Shown: positions 34,382 through 47,609 of the stretch, one piece after another | Numbering within the stretch: the stretch's first letter is position 1 | Layout of the letters: each line of letters opens with the position of its first letter | Assembly (NCBI GenBank): GCA_004431415.1 | Contig: QPMI01000673.1 | Span: 1 to 64,000, forward strand | DNA: 64,000 bases | Source of the DNA: Cyanophora paradoxa CCMP329 | Lineage: Eukaryota > Plantae > Glaucophyta | Direction: 5' to 3' | Made by a program: the position numbers and the translations under genes | The notes under the pieces: model-generated | Told to the model about the DNA's origin: nothing | Databases searched by the model: none | Seen by the model: the letters and a program-made list of their open reading frames with translations, nothing else

Positions 34382-36285
34382 GGAGGCCGCACCGGACGTA
34401 CTGCTCCTGGAACTCGCGGGGGAACTTGTTGAACCAGGCCTGCCGCCGGCGAGCTCAGCGGCGCTCGGAGGCGGCGGGGCGGCGGCGTCGCGCCTGGAAG
34501 AAGCGGGGCGGCAGGTTCTCCTCGAACCCCACCCACGTCGTCTCGTCCGCGAAGCAGCCGGCGTCCAGCTTGTCCGCCCCCGCCCCCGTGCCTGCCCCCC
34601 GTCAGGCCGGCGGGGGCGGGCGGGGCTGGCGGAGCGGGGCGGGGCGCGCTGATGTAGTTGGGGCGGTCGCGCTCCTTGCTGTCGATGTCGCGCATGCCCC
34701 ACTCGAAGCGGCAGCGCGCCTCCACCCGCGTCCCTGCCCCCACGTCGGGGCGGGCTGGGGCGGGGCGAGCGAGGGGGCGGGGCGGGCGGGGCGGACAGTA
34801 GACGGAGAACAGTGCTGCGGCGCAGGCGACCAGTATACAAAAGGGGGCGGTCACCCAGCTGTCGTACGACGGCGGCTCGATGGAGGTCACCATCTGCGGC
34901 GCCCCTCAGAGCTCGGCGCCGCCCGAGGCGGGGCGGGGCCGGGGGCGGGCGGGCCTTGGTCGCGGGGTCGCGGACGAGGACGGGGGGTGCCCGGTCCGTG
35001 TACTGGAAGGCGGCGGTTGCGATTCTGCTGGACGGTGGGGGGGAGACCCGGGGCGGTGGCGGCTGCGAGAGTACCCGAGGAGGGCCATGATGGCGAGCCA
35101 GCGCGTGTAGGTGTCCAGAAAGGTGAAGTAGAATCCGACCTAGCGCCGCGCCCCGCGTGAGCAGCGCCGCGAGGCGGCCTGGGCCCGGGCCGAGGCGGCG
35201 CGCCTGCTCGCCCAGGTAGTTCCGGCACTCGTCGATCGGCATCGCCGCGAGCGGATTCCACCGCCTGTCCCGCGCCCCGGCTCGGCGGCGGGCGGCGGCG
35301 GGGCGGCGGGGCGCAGGCGGGCGGGCGCACCAGCCGAACCACTTCTTCGCGAGGCTCTCCAGGGCGCCCTCGTCGTGCAGCTGCGCCCCCGCCTCGCAGG
35401 CGCCCGCGGCCGCGCCGACGGCCGGGCCCGGGCCCGGCGCGCGCAGTGCGGACCGGGAAGTACTGCAGCACGACACCGGACTCGATCAGGTCCGAGAAGA
35501 CGATCTCCGCTGCGCCCCGGCGGCAACCGGCCGGCCAGGTCGGCGGGGCGCGGGGGCGCGGGGCGGGGCGGGGGCACCGCAGCCCTTGATTTTGGGGCCC
35601 TCGAGGAGGTACTGGAGGATGCGGATGCGGTTCGTGCTGTCGAAGAACGACGGGCCGCTCGCCCGGAGGAAGCTGCTCGCCTGGTCCTTGCGGAACGGCC
35701 GCACGCAGCGGAAGACCGCCGCCCGGTCCCGCGGGTCCGCCGCGTGGTCCATCTTCATCGGCTGCGCGCGGGGCCCGTCAGGCGCCCCGAAGCGCGGAGA
35801 AGGGAGGCGCGGCGACCAGCTGCATCAGCTCGGCGGCGTTCATGAGCACGTCGTCATTTCCGCCGATCTTGATGTAGTACTCGCCGCCGCCCGCTTGGGT
35901 CGTTACCTTGCGGACGTAGAGGCCCATCGCGCGGATGAGCTGGACGAGCTCCCTCCGCTTCAAAATGTTGTTCCTGACCTTGGTGCGCTGCGCAAGCGTC
36001 GGGAGGAGCGCTATGGAATATGCATCTAAGCTCGAACCTCGTCGACGTCGCCGTCGAAGAATCCGCGCGCGCGAGCCTTTGGCTGCTGGCTGCGCAACTC
36101 AGCCTCCACCTCCTCGTACAGTGGCCCGTAAGGGAACTGGATGACCTGTAAAAGTCCGATTAGCTAAAGGCTCATCGACGGCGCTGGTGCGAGTTAACGA
36201 CTGCTCGACACAACAGTTTTCGCACCACATCCAGTGGTGGATGACCCAGGTCGCGACTCCGCGCCGGAGCCGCCAGCGCCGCCAT
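31871..36285 (-). CDS. Anoctamin/TMEM16 family channel or scramblase
   Basis: PIDECRNYLGEQVGFYFTFL; FEDYAELMLQFGYVTM; LALLNNLVEIRSDMFK; QRPFP..IGVW. Confidence 0.92.
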
Positions 36286-36476
36286 TTCGTTTAGTACCCC
36301 TCCGATGGGGGTACGGGGGCTTCCGCGCTGTCGGAGCTCTTGTCCCCGTGTCCCTGCGGTCTAGAAGTTTCGCCAGCTTCGTCAGCATCGAGAGCGCGAC
36401 TGCATGCGTGCACGGCCTGAGTAGCACAACGAGCTAGCGCGGCGGGCCGCCGCCGAACGCTTGCCTGATAGTTGCG

Positions 36477-39128
36477 ATGTTCGACCACCGATGGCAAAAG
36501 CGAGTAAAACTCTTCCTGCGACAGCGGCGGCGCACCTTGACTCTGGTTGGAGTGATTCTCATACTGGCCGTGGCGTTCAACTATACGCGCACAGGAAAGA
36601 CGCAGAAGATGCCAAGCCTTACTCTCGTCGAGGACACGGCTGCTGTCTCCAACGCTGGCAGCACCGGAGCGCTTTCGAGCGGCAAGCCTGAGGCTGCGAA
36701 GGAAGCAGCTCCCCAGATCCGCCCCGCGACGCGGGCTGCCGAGCCCGCGAGTCCGGCTTCCGCTAAGCCGCCGACGCCGGTTGAGCCGGCCCTCAAGCCC
36801 GCCCCGCCCAAAGCCGCGCCCGCCGCGCCCGCGGCTCCTCCGAAGCCCGCGGCGGCCGCCAACGAAGCGCCGGCGACCGGCAACCCGGCCGCTGTTAAGC
36901 CAGCGGCGACGGCGGCCCCTGAGGCGGAAAAGCCGAAGCCCCATCCGATGGATACCTCCGGGCAGAACATCGGGTCGGGCCTGCCGAAGGGCCCCTGGCA
37001 GTTCCCCCCCGTCGGCGCCGACGCGAAGCGCCTGGAGGCCGTCCGCAACGTGCGCTGTCCCTGCTCGCTTTGCTCCCTCCGCCCCGCGGTATGCCCGACT
37101 CTGGCGGCGCAGGGCTTCGTGCACGCGTGGCGGGGGTACGAGAAGCACGCGTGGGGCCGCGACGAGGTCCGCCCCGTGAGCAAGTCGTGCGTGCCCGTGC
37201 TGGGCCGGCGCGGGGCGGGGGCGGGGGCGGGGGGTGAGGCGGGGGCGGGGGACCAGGGGCGGGGACCCGTTCGGGGGCATGGGGGCGACGATCGTGGACA
37301 GCCTGGACGTGCTCTGGCTCATGGGCCTCCGCGACGAGTTCAACCGCTCCCGCGACTGGGTCCGCGACCACCTCCGCTTTGACAACAAGGCCCGCCCGCC
37401 CCGCACCGCACGGCCCCCGCCCCGCCCCCCCGCCCCCTCGCCGCGCGAGCCCTCGCGGCTGCAGGGGGACGTGAGCGTGTTCGAGACGACGATCCGGGTG
37501 CTGGGCGGGCTCATGTCCGCCCACGACCTCTCCGGCGACCCCGTCTTCCTCGACAAGGCCAAGCAGGCCCGCCCCGCCCCCGCCCCGCCCGCCCCGCCCC
37601 CGCCCCCTCCTCTCACCGCCCCGCAGCTGGCCGACCGCCTGCTGCCGGCGTTCCGCACGCCGTCGGGCCTGCCGCAGGCGACCGTCTCGCTCTCGAGCGG
37701 GCGGGCGCACAACCCCGGCTGGGCCGGCGGCATGAACTGCCTCGCCGAGATCGCCACCCTGCAGGTCGCCGCCGGCCGCCGCGGCTCAGGTGCCTGGGGC
37801 GGCTCGCTGAGAGCGGGCGGGGCGGGCGCGCAGCTGGAGTTCACGCAGGTCTCGCACAACAGCGGGGACCCCAAGTACGCCAAGGCGGTGCGCGCCGGCG
37901 CCGCCGGCTCGCCCCGGGGCCGGCGCGTCTCCCCGGCCTCACTCGCCGCCGCGCAGGCGCAAGCGGTGATCGAGGCGATGGACAAGATGAACCCGCCGCA
38001 CGGGCTCTTCGCGACGAACGTGGACACCGGCGCCGGCCGCTTCGTCGGCGAGTCCGTCACCTTCGGCGCCCGCGGCGACTCCGGCTTCGAGTACTTCGCC
38101 AAGATGTGAGCGCCCCGTCCGGGGCCCGCAAGCGCACTCCCCCCTGCTTACGCTGACGGCGGCTGGAGGTGGGTGCTGCTGGGGAAGGGTGAGGAGGCGG
38201 CGATGTACCGGCGGCTATACGACAAGGTGGGCGAGCCGCGGCCCGCCCCGTGCGAGCCAATCTTGACGTGCAAGTCAGGCCATGGACGGCGTCGTTTCCA
38301 AGCTCCTCCAACGCTCGACGCCGGGCGGGCTCCTCTACATCGCGGAGATGGAGGGGTACCGGAATCTGCGGCACAAGATGGACCACCTCGCCTGCTTCGC
38401 GCCGGCGATGCTGGCGCTGGGGGCCCAGGGCGCGCCGCCCAACCGGACGGCGGCTGCCGAGCTGCACATGCTGGCGGCGCGGGAGCTGATGGTGACGTGC
38501 GTGGAGATGTACCGGCGGCAGCCGACGGGCCTCGCCCCCGAGCTCGTCCACTTCCGCGCCGGCAGCGACTTCACCACCGACTCGTGGCACAACCTCCTCC
38601 GCCCCGGTCCCCCCCCGCCCCTCCTCCCTCCGCCCCTCCCCGCCCGGGGCGCCGGGCCTGAAGCGGTGGGCGGCCAGAGACGGTGGAGTCGCTCTTCTAC
38701 CTGTGGCGGTACACGCATGACCCGCAGTACCGGGAGTGGGGCTGGGAGATCTTCCAGGCCTTCGAGAAGCACGCGCGGACGGAGGTCGCCTACTCGGGGA
38801 TCCGGGACGTGCGGAAGATCCCGCCGGCGTTGGACGACCGCATGGAGTCCTTCTTCATGGCCGAGACCATGAAGGTCAGCCCTTGCTGATCCCGCCCTCG
38901 CTCCGCATCTGATTCCAAGCAGTACCTCTACCTCCTCTTCTGCGACGACGACGTGCGCCCCCGGCCCCCGCCTCCACCCCCCCCTCCCTGCCGGGCCCCT
39001 CATCGCTCGACCCCCAGGTCATCCCGCTCGACGAGTACGTCTTCAATACGGAGGCTCATCCGCTCAGGGTCCACCGGAAGCCGGCGGCCCCCGCCCCCGC
39101 CCCCGCCCCCGACGCCGAGGAAGAGTAA
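36477..39128 (+). CDS. Class I alpha-1,2-mannosidase (GH47), type II membrane protein
   Basis: [18 protein letters not shown]; GATIVDSLD; [14 protein letters not shown]; [10 protein letters not shown]; HKMDHLACF; [12 protein letters not shown]; [10 protein letters not shown]. Confidence 0.95.
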
Positions 39129-39203
39129 CGCTCGAGCGGTCCTGTTTCAAGTGCCCTTTTAGATAACTGTTCGTTATAGTTACGTAATACGCTTTTGATA
39201 TCT

Positions 39204-41664
39204 CTACGAGGCCTCGGGCTCGGCCTCCTCGAGGGGCGCCCCGCCCCCCTCGTCGTCGCTGGCGTCGGCGGCGCAGGCGGCTGGCCGGGCGGCGGCGGCC
39301 TGGGCGGCGCGCAGCTCGGGGCCGGCGAGGCCGTGGACCTTCTTCAGGTGCCGCACGAAGTTGTCGCGCGTCGCGAGGAGGGCGTAGCAGCGGGGGAAGC
39401 CGGGCCGGTTCCACGCCCAGCGGCGGGCCGGCCCCGAGCAGGGCTCGTGGGCGCCCTCGCCGGGGGCCTCGTGGGGGCGGACGGGGCACATGAAGTAGGG
39501 GGCGGTGGCGGCGTGGAGCTTGGAGGCGGCGTGGACCCTCAGGCCGTGCGCGGTGAAGCAGCCGTAGCCGCACGCGAGCTTGCCGGCCACGCCGACGACG
39601 CGCACGGGCTCCTCGCAGACGAGGGGGAAGCGCCCCGCGCCGTGCTCGCCCAGCTCGTGCCGCGCCAGCTCGTCCCGCCCCGCGAAGCCCGCCCCGCACA
39701 CGCCGCAGCGCCGCGAGAGCTCCCCGCCGCTCCGCTCCGCCTCCTCCACCAGCTCGGGGTGCGCCTCCAGCAGGTGCCGCCGCAGCCGCTGCGTGCTCGT
39801 CTGCGCGAAGGTGCGGGGGCAGCCCGGGGCCGGGCAGCGGCGCGCCCCCTCCTCCGTCTTCTCGACGTGCACGAATTCGGAGAGGCGCCGCCGCCGCCGC
39901 GCGGCGGCCGCCTCGGCCTCGGCGTCCGAGGGGCGGGCGCGCGGGCGGATGCCGAGCGAGGCCGCCAGCGCCTCGTGGCGGGCCCCGATGTGCCGCGTCA
40001 GGTTCTCCCCCCGCACGTACTCCGCCCGCACCCCCCCTCCGGGCACCGGTAGGGCGGGCCCTCGAACCGCGGGCCCGCGCTGTGCGCGTACTGCCGGTGC
40101 CTGCAGAGACCCCCTGCACGCCGCCCGTTACTGAACGGAGCAGGGGGCGGCGCGGGGTGGGCGGCGCACGCTCGGTGGCGAACTGGCGCCCGCACGCCGA
40201 GCCGTCCGCGAGGGCCGCCTCGCAGCGGAACAACGTGGCGGCCGCAGGCTCGGCCTCCCCGGCTTCGGCGCCGGCGCTCGCCTCGCCGGCGCTCGCCCGC
40301 CGGCGTTGGAGCGGCTGTGCGCGTGCGCGAAGTGCGCCCGCATCTGGTCGTAGCTGGCGAAGCGGCGGGGGCAGCGCGGGCCGGGCACGCCTCGGGCACC
40401 ACGCCGGCCGGCCAGCGGTCGTGCTTCTCGCCCAGGTGCCTCGCCCGCGCGCCTGCCGGCCCTTCAGAGGCCTGCACGCCGGCGCGCCGGCGCGGGGCGC
40501 GGCTCACGCTCGTTGGCGAAGACCTCCTGGCAGCCCGGGTGCGAGCACGGGAGTGCGGTCCGAAGCGGCGGCAGCGGTGGCGCTCGTCCTCGGCCGGCGG
40601 AGCGGCTGCGGGGGCGGGGGCGGTGGGCGGGGGCGGTGGGCGGGGGTGGGGGCGGCGGACCGGGAGGCGACGTGGTCCCGCTTGAGGTGCCGGTGGAGGT
40701 CCGCGAACTTGCCGAAGCGCTCCCCGCAGGCCCCCGCCCACTGGGGCGAGCCGTGCGCCCAGGGCAGGCACGCGGGGGGCCGGCTGTGGTCGCATGGGAT
40801 CCACTTGGGCTTGACGGCGCGCATGAAGGGCGGCTCGGGCACCGCGTCCTGCCCGTGCTCCCGGATCGCCGCCGCCGACTTGCCCGCCGCCCTGCCCCCC
40901 CCGGAGTCGACCTCGGGCTCGCGCCGGGGCGGGGCGGGGGCGGGGCGGGGCGGGGCGCGCACTTCCAGGGGGAGCGGGTGCGGCGGGCGCTGCTCTCGAC
41001 GTGCTGGCGGGCGCCGGCGACGCGGGCGCCGTAGAGCTCCTTCCAGCGGTGCCCCGTGTGGCCCTCCTTCTTCGCCCCGCCCCGCGCGCAGCACCACACC
41101 AGCCCGAAGCGCGCCGCGTAGAGCTGCATCCAGAGCCGCGGCTCCGACGCCGCCGCCCGCCAGTAGCGCGAGGTCTGGCGCCGGCTCGGCGGCGGAGCGG
41201 GGCGCGGGGAGCGGTGCGGGCGGGGCGGGGCGGACCATGGAGAGGGCGGCGAGGTCGGTGGGGCCGAGGCAGTCCAGAACCATCCGCTGGAGCTCGTCGG
41301 GGAGCGCCCAGAGCGCCCCCGCGCTCTCCGCCTGCTCCTCCCCGTCCCACTCCTGCGCAAGAGCCTCCTCCTCCACCTCCGCGTGCGCGTGCTCGAGCTG
41401 CTCCGGCTCCTCGCCGTGATCGCGGGCCTCGTGGCGCCGCCTCGGGGCCGCCTCCCCCTGGCACCTCCGCGCCCGCTTCGGCGGCGACGCTGCGCCAGCT
41501 TTCCGCCTCCGCGGCGCCCGCTTCGGGCCGCGTGCTTCCTCCTCAATCTTGCTCTCGCTCCCGCTCCCCTCGCTCTCGGAGCTTTCCTTGTACTCGGATC
41601 CCTCTTCTTCGGACGCCGGCGCGACGTCCGTTGCCGCGATGACCGCCTCCGCAGCCGCGCGCAT
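39204..41664 (-). CDS. F-box protein with multiple C2H2 zinc fingers
   Basis: LWALPDELQRMVLDCLGPTDLAALSM..RYWRAAA..LW, followed by several CxxC...HxxxH fingers (e.g. CGVCGAGFAGRDELARHELGEH). Confidence 0.8.
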
Positions 41665-42551
41665 CTTCGATGAGCCTGTACGAGCCGTCAGCCACCATGC
41701 TAGCTGCAGGCGCGGCGCAATCGCGCCGCACATATTGGCATTTGAAGTTGGGCCTTCGCCGATTGAACCACCGCCTCCCGCTCGCCCAAGGAGCCGATTA
41801 CGGACAGAAGGTGGCAAAAAGCCGTAGAAACCTTGCCCCCGCTGCTCGTCGCAACGCCCCAAGCCTGCTCTCGTAGGCATAGGCTCAGGAGCTGCTCGTC
41901 TACACCGGCGCGATCGAGCGACCAGGCGGATCGAGCGAGCGCCCGAATCCACGCAGCTGCTTCAGCTTCCGCGTCTGCGTCGCCCGCAGCCGCACCCTCC
42001 AGCGCGGAACGGAAGGCTGCATAGAGGCGGTTTAAGGACGCGCTCCCCTGCGCGTAGCGGCGTCAGAAGCTTGTCGGAAAACCACGCAGCGAGGCTCGAG
42101 AGACCGCAGGAGCGCACTTTTGGGCTGCTGATCGCCTCGCGGACGAGGCGGAGTAGCATTCTCCGCGCGGGCGGCGCTGGCCGCCGCGGCTGAAACCCTG
42201 CAACTTCGCAAGCTTCGACACGCGTCTATGGTGCCTGCTGGCGCAACTTTTGCCGCAAATTTTTTTGCACCGTCCCCGGGTACAAGCACAAGAAGCAGCC
42301 GGCAGTTGCGGCGCAGCCTCGCGACCTTATCATTCCCGAGCTCTAGCTATATAGCTTCTCCAGCCCGGGAGGATCGCCGAGCCCCCCCGCCGCGGCGATC
42401 CGGATAAACCGGTTCCGTCTGCGCATTGGTTGCACGGGCAGGAGGAGGTCTCGCGTCCGACGGTAGGCGGTTATCTAGCGTGTCGCCTCCATTTAGAAAC
42501 GCGGAATCAACCTGTCCGACTACTTGAGGGGCCAGGGGCTCCTAGCCGGCG

Positions 42552-45500
42552 ATGGCGGAGCGCACATCGCTTTTCGAGGAATGCAGCAGTTCAGAGGAGC
42601 TCAAGCGCATGCTGGGGCTGCCGGTTCTGACATCTGAGGTGCGCTCTGCGCGGCTGCTCAAGAGCGGCCACTAGCGGCACCACCCAGTGGCTACTAGCTA
42701 CGACATTCTCTTCGCGTCGACGCGCGGCCGGAATGTGAACTGAAACCGTTCTAGGTCATCGAGTACTTCGAGGAGCTGCGATCGACCAAGCGCGAGCTGC
42801 AAAAGTGGAAGCGACACGTCCACACGCTGGAACGAATCAACTCGGAGTTTGCGGTGAGCCAAGACTTCGAAACGGCCCGCGAAGGCATTTCACAAGCGCG
42901 CCTCGCAGGAGGAGCACCGGGAGCTCTCGCGCCTTCTCTTCGAGGCGCGTAACGACCTGGCGGCGACAAAGGGCGAGCGCGAGGAGGTCAAGGACCTCTG
43001 CCAGAGCCTCTACCGGCAGATCGAGACGCTGCGCGCCGAGAACTCGCGCCTGAGGCGGGCGGTGAAGACGGGCGAGGCGCCGGCGCCGCGGATGCCGGAC
43101 CCGGAGCCCTCCGTGGCGGAGTTCCGCGGGCTCTACTCGAGCGTGCCTGCCTTCGTGGGGACGACCGGCAACAGCGTCGGCTCGAGCGTGCAGTGGGAGC
43201 TGAGCCCGACGCGCCCCGCGACGGCGCGCGCGTACCGCCGGGCGCGCACCGCGGCGTACCGCACGCTGGGCGAGGACGACGGGGACGAGGCGTGGGCGGG
43301 CCCCGCGCGCCCGGCCCGGCGCCCCGCGAGCGCGGCGTCGGGTCGGCCTCGGAGGCGGCCAGCGACGCCGGCGCCGCCGACACCGACAGCGAGGCCGAGG
43401 CCGCCCCGCAGGCCCCCGCCGCCCTCTGGCCCGGCGCCGGCGAGCCGAAGACGCCGCCGCGCGTGCGGCCCGACCCGCCCTCGGGGAGGACGCCGCCGAA
43501 CCTGCGCGCGCCGCCGCTCTCCCCGCCGGAGCCGATGCACCTGCACCCGGCGCCGCCGCCGCACCTCGGGGGCCCCTCGGTCTTCTCGCAGCGCCCCAGC
43601 GCCTGGCTCCTCTCCCTGCGCTCGCACCAGAGCCGTCTCGCCGCCCTCGAGCGCGAGCAGGCGGAGCGCGGCGGCGCCGGCGCCTCCCCAGCCAAGGCGC
43701 GCCGCGCGAAGCAACCCCCGCGGCTCTGCCGGGCCCCGCTGACGCCGACGGGCGCAGGCGAGCCCGTGGACGAGCCCGATCGGGGGCCTCTTCGAGTGGG
43801 GCCTGAGCAGCGGGAGCGGCTCGCCGGCGGGGTGGGACTACCGTAGCGCCGAGCGCGTGCGGCAGCTGCGGCGCACGGTGCAGGAGATGGCCGCCGCCCG
43901 CATCCAGGTCGCCCCCGCGCCCCCCTCTTCTCTCACCCCGCCTCCCGCTCACCCGCACCGCAGGCCGCCGCCCGCGGCTGGCGCACCCGCCGCGCCGTCG
44001 CCGAGCCCGTGCGCCGCGCCTCGCGCCGGCCTCTCCGCTGGGCGCGCGGGGGCCGACGGGGGCGGGGGCGCAGTGCGGCGTGTGATGAGCCGGTTCCGGG
44101 CGAAGCGGGAGCTGCTGACGACGGAGCGGAGCTACGTGGCCGGCCTGCGGACGCTCGTGGAGGTCTTCGCGCGGCCGATGCGGGAGGCGGCGCGGGGGCC
44201 GGGGCCGGCGGTGCCGGGGCGGCTGGTGGAGGAGCTCTTCGCGGGGGCGGAGGCGCTGTGGGCGGCGGGGCGCGTGCTCCTCGCTGAGCTCGAGGCGGAG
44301 GCCTCCCAGCCGCCCCGCTTCCAGGCCCTCGGCACCGTCCTCATGCGCCACGTCCCCGTCCTCCGCTCCCACTACACCGACTGGATCCGCGGCTGGAGCG
44401 CCGCCACCACCGCCCTCACCCGCATCCGCTCCGCCCCCCCGGGCTCGCCCCTCGCCCCCGCCGCCGACCTCGTCCGCGTGCGCCCCGCCCGCCACCGCCC
44501 CCGCCGCCCCCGCCGCCCCGGCTGAGGGGGCGGGGCAGCGGCTGGAGGGGGACGAGCGGTGCCGGGGCCAGGGGCTGGACTCGCTGCTGATCACGCCGGT
44601 GCAGCGGGTGCCGCGCTACATCCTCCTGCTGGAGACGCTGCTGGGGCACACCGAGGGGCACCACCCCGAGTACGCCGACCTGCGCCAGGCCCTCCACGTC
44701 TGCCGCCAGCTCGCCGCCACCATCTCCGAGGCCCGCGGACAGGCCGAGAACGCGGCGCGCATCCTCCGCATCGAGGCCGCCGTGCAGCGGGGCCCGCGGC
44801 GGGGCGGCCTCCCGCGCCTCCTCGCCCCGCACCGCCGCCTCGTCCGCGACGGCGCCGTCTCGCTGGTGGCGGCCGAGAGCAAGCAGAGCGCCGCCGCCGC
44901 CCTCCTCTCCAGCATCGTCGGCCTGCAGAGGCCGGCCCCGGAGCGCCGCGAGCGCGTCCTCTACCTCTTCAACGACGTCCTGCTGTGCGCGGAGAACGTC
45001 GAGCCGGCGTCGGGCGGGGAGGGGGCGGAGCGGGAGCGGGGCCCGGCCCTCGCGGTCGAGTTCGTGCTCCGCCTCGAGCGCGCCGTCGTCGAGGAGCTCC
45101 CCGACCCCCCTCCCCCCCCCCCCCCCCCCCCCCCCCCCAGCTGCCCCGCCCGCCCGCCCTCCCGCTTGCTCGTCTGACGTGGCGTCTCGCCGCAGCCGAG
45201 GCGGGGGCGCCGCAGTACCGCTTCGTGCTGCGCTCGGCGCCCTCGGACCCGCTCGGCCTCGCCGCGCACCCGGCGATCACGCCGGGGACGGGGCGGCCGT
45301 CCGACGTCGGGGTGCCGCGCACGAGCTCGGGCGGCGAGGGCGGGGTGGAGGGCAGGGAGGAGCACGTGCTGGCGGCGGGGAGCGCCGAGGAGCGGCGGGC
45401 GTGGGTGAAGCAGATCCGGCGCTGCATCCGGGAGCTGCAGAAGGCGATCGCGTCGTGCGAGCGGCTGCTGGCGGTGCCGGCGGAGCTGCGGGCGGCGCGG

Positions 45501-46111
45501 CGCGTGATCGCGGCGGACGTCGAGGCCCGGCGGCTCATCGCCGGCGAGCTCGCCGCGGAGACGGAGCGGCTGATGGCCGCCGACGAGGCCCTCGCCCGCC
45601 TCGCCGCCGAGGCGGCGCGCGCCCCGCCGGCCGCCCAGCAGGAGGCGACGCGGCGCCTGCGGGAGGCGCAGGCGCACCGGGGCACGCTCCTGGGGAACCT
45701 CGCGCGCCTCCTCGCCGCCTCGTCCAGCGTGTGCGAGCGGCTCGAGGCCGCCCGCGCCCGCGCGCAGCGCGACGCCCTCATCGCCGCCGTCCTCCCGCAG
45801 CTCGCCCACCTCTTCGCCGCCCGCCCGCCCCCGACGACTCCGAGCCCGAGGCCGCCCCCCGCGACTCGCTCAGCCCGGGGCCCCCGCGCGGGGCGGAGGC
45901 GGGACGCGGGGCGGGGGCGGCGGGGCGGGGGGGGCGGGAGTCGGTCTTCCCGCGGCGGGACTCGTTCGACCTCTCCGCCTCGGCGTCGGCGGCGGCCTCG
46001 CTGCGGGAGGCGGGGCCCCTGCACCGCACCTGGTCCGAGCGGCCCCGCGCCTCCTCCATCCCCTCCATCCACCCCGCCCCGCCCCTCCGCTCCCCCCTCA
46101 ACCTCTTCTGA
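42552..46111 (+). CDS. Dbl-family RhoGEF (DH-PH) with coiled coils
   Basis: RELLTTERSYVAGL; LDSLLITPVQRVPRYILLLETLL..HPEYADL; RVLYLFNDVLLCA; SAEERRAWVKQI. Confidence 0.88.
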
Positions 46112-46233
46112 AGGCGCTCCCCCGCCCCCGCTTTCCATTTCGCTCTCGAGCTCAGCCCTAGATCCAGGGCGGGTTTTGCGGGTTTAGCGATGATATTGTA
46201 AAGAGTACATAGGTTCGCAGTGCGCAGGCGCGC

Positions 46234-47573
46234 CTAGGGCTGCTGGTACCACTCGCCGGGGGGGCGGTTGACGTAGCGGGTGGCGTAGCAGCGGAGCTCG
46301 GAGGGGAAGCCCTCGAGGGCCGCCGTCAGCCCCGCCGGCAGCTCCCCGGCCGCCCCGAGAGGCGCGCGAACATTGGCGGGGAGGACGGCGGCGCGGGCGG
46401 CGTCGCGGGGGCCGGCGCAGAAGAAGGAGGTGCCGGAGCCGGACATGAGGACGGTGTCGAAGTGCTCTGCGAGGCGGGCCTTGAGCTCGGCGAGCAGCGG
46501 CAGCTCGCTGAACGAGGCCGCCTCGAGGTCGTTGACGTAGTCGGCCGCAGCGGCGCGCCCGGTGAGGTGGGCGGCGAGGAGGGCCTCGGGGTCGGCTCGG
46601 CTCAGCGCCTCCAGGTCCAGCGCCTTGAAGATGCGGCCCGTGCTGAGGCCCTCCCGCGGCTTCACGACGTACAGCTCCCGCCCGGGGAGCGGGGCGAGGG
46701 GCCGCAGGATCTCGCCCCGCCCCGTGCAGTAGGCGGTGCCCTCCGAGAGGAAGAAGGAGATGTCGGAGCCGAACTCGGCGCCCCAGTCCGCCAGCGCCTG
46801 CGGCGCCACGCCGGCGCCCGCCAGCTCGTTCATCGCCCACAGCGCCGTCGCCGCGTTCGCGCTGCCACCCCCGAGGCCGGCCTCGAAGGGGACGCGCTTC
46901 TCGATGTGCGCGCGGAAGCGCTGCGCGTAGCCCGTCTTCGAGCGGAAGAGCGCCATCGCCTTCAGCACCAGGTTCGAGCCGTCCACGGGCACGCCGGGCT
47001 CCGAGCACGTCAGCGCGTCCTCCGCCCCGTCGATCTGCGCCGCGCGGTGCGGCGGCGCGGCCCCGCCGGTCGGCGGCGCGCGGGCCGGCGGGCGCAGCTA
47101 GGATCGGGGCGCACGGGGGTGAAGGAGATTGAGTCGCCCAGGCCGATCGCCTGGAAGAGCGAGGCGAGGTCGTGGTAGCCGTCCTCGCGCCGCCGGATGA
47201 TCCGCAGGAAGAGGTTCACCTTCGACGGCGAGAAGTACGTCCTAGTCGCGCCGTCTGCGCGAGGACGGCCCGGCGAGGGGAGGCGCTGCAGTTAGCTAGT
47301 CCGGGCCGCCGGCGGTGATGCGCGGGACAAATCTGCCGCACCGGCCGACGCGAAGACCACGAAGCCCGATGCGGCCCGGCATGCCTTTGACGGCTCGAAG
47401 ATCGCAACGCGCTCGCCCCAGAACGCCGAGGCGAGCCGGCCGCCGCGCGCGCGGATCGTCCTCCGCTCCTCGCCCGCGAAGCTGGATTCGCAGCATCTGG
47501 AGCTGTCGATGCTAGAGAACTGCGCCGCTGGCCGGCAGGGCGCCGGGACGGAGAATGCGAGGCGCGGCGCCAT
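46234..47573 (-). CDS. ispE: 4-diphosphocytidyl-2-C-methyl-D-erythritol kinase, plastid-targeted
   Basis: SPSKVNLFLRIIRRREDGYHDLASLFQ; KRVPFEAGLGGGSANAA; GSDISFF; MSGSGTS; transit-peptide-like first exon. Confidence 0.96.
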
Positions 47574-47609
47574 TGCGGTGTACCCGCTCCGAACTCGTTC
47601 CCGGGTATC

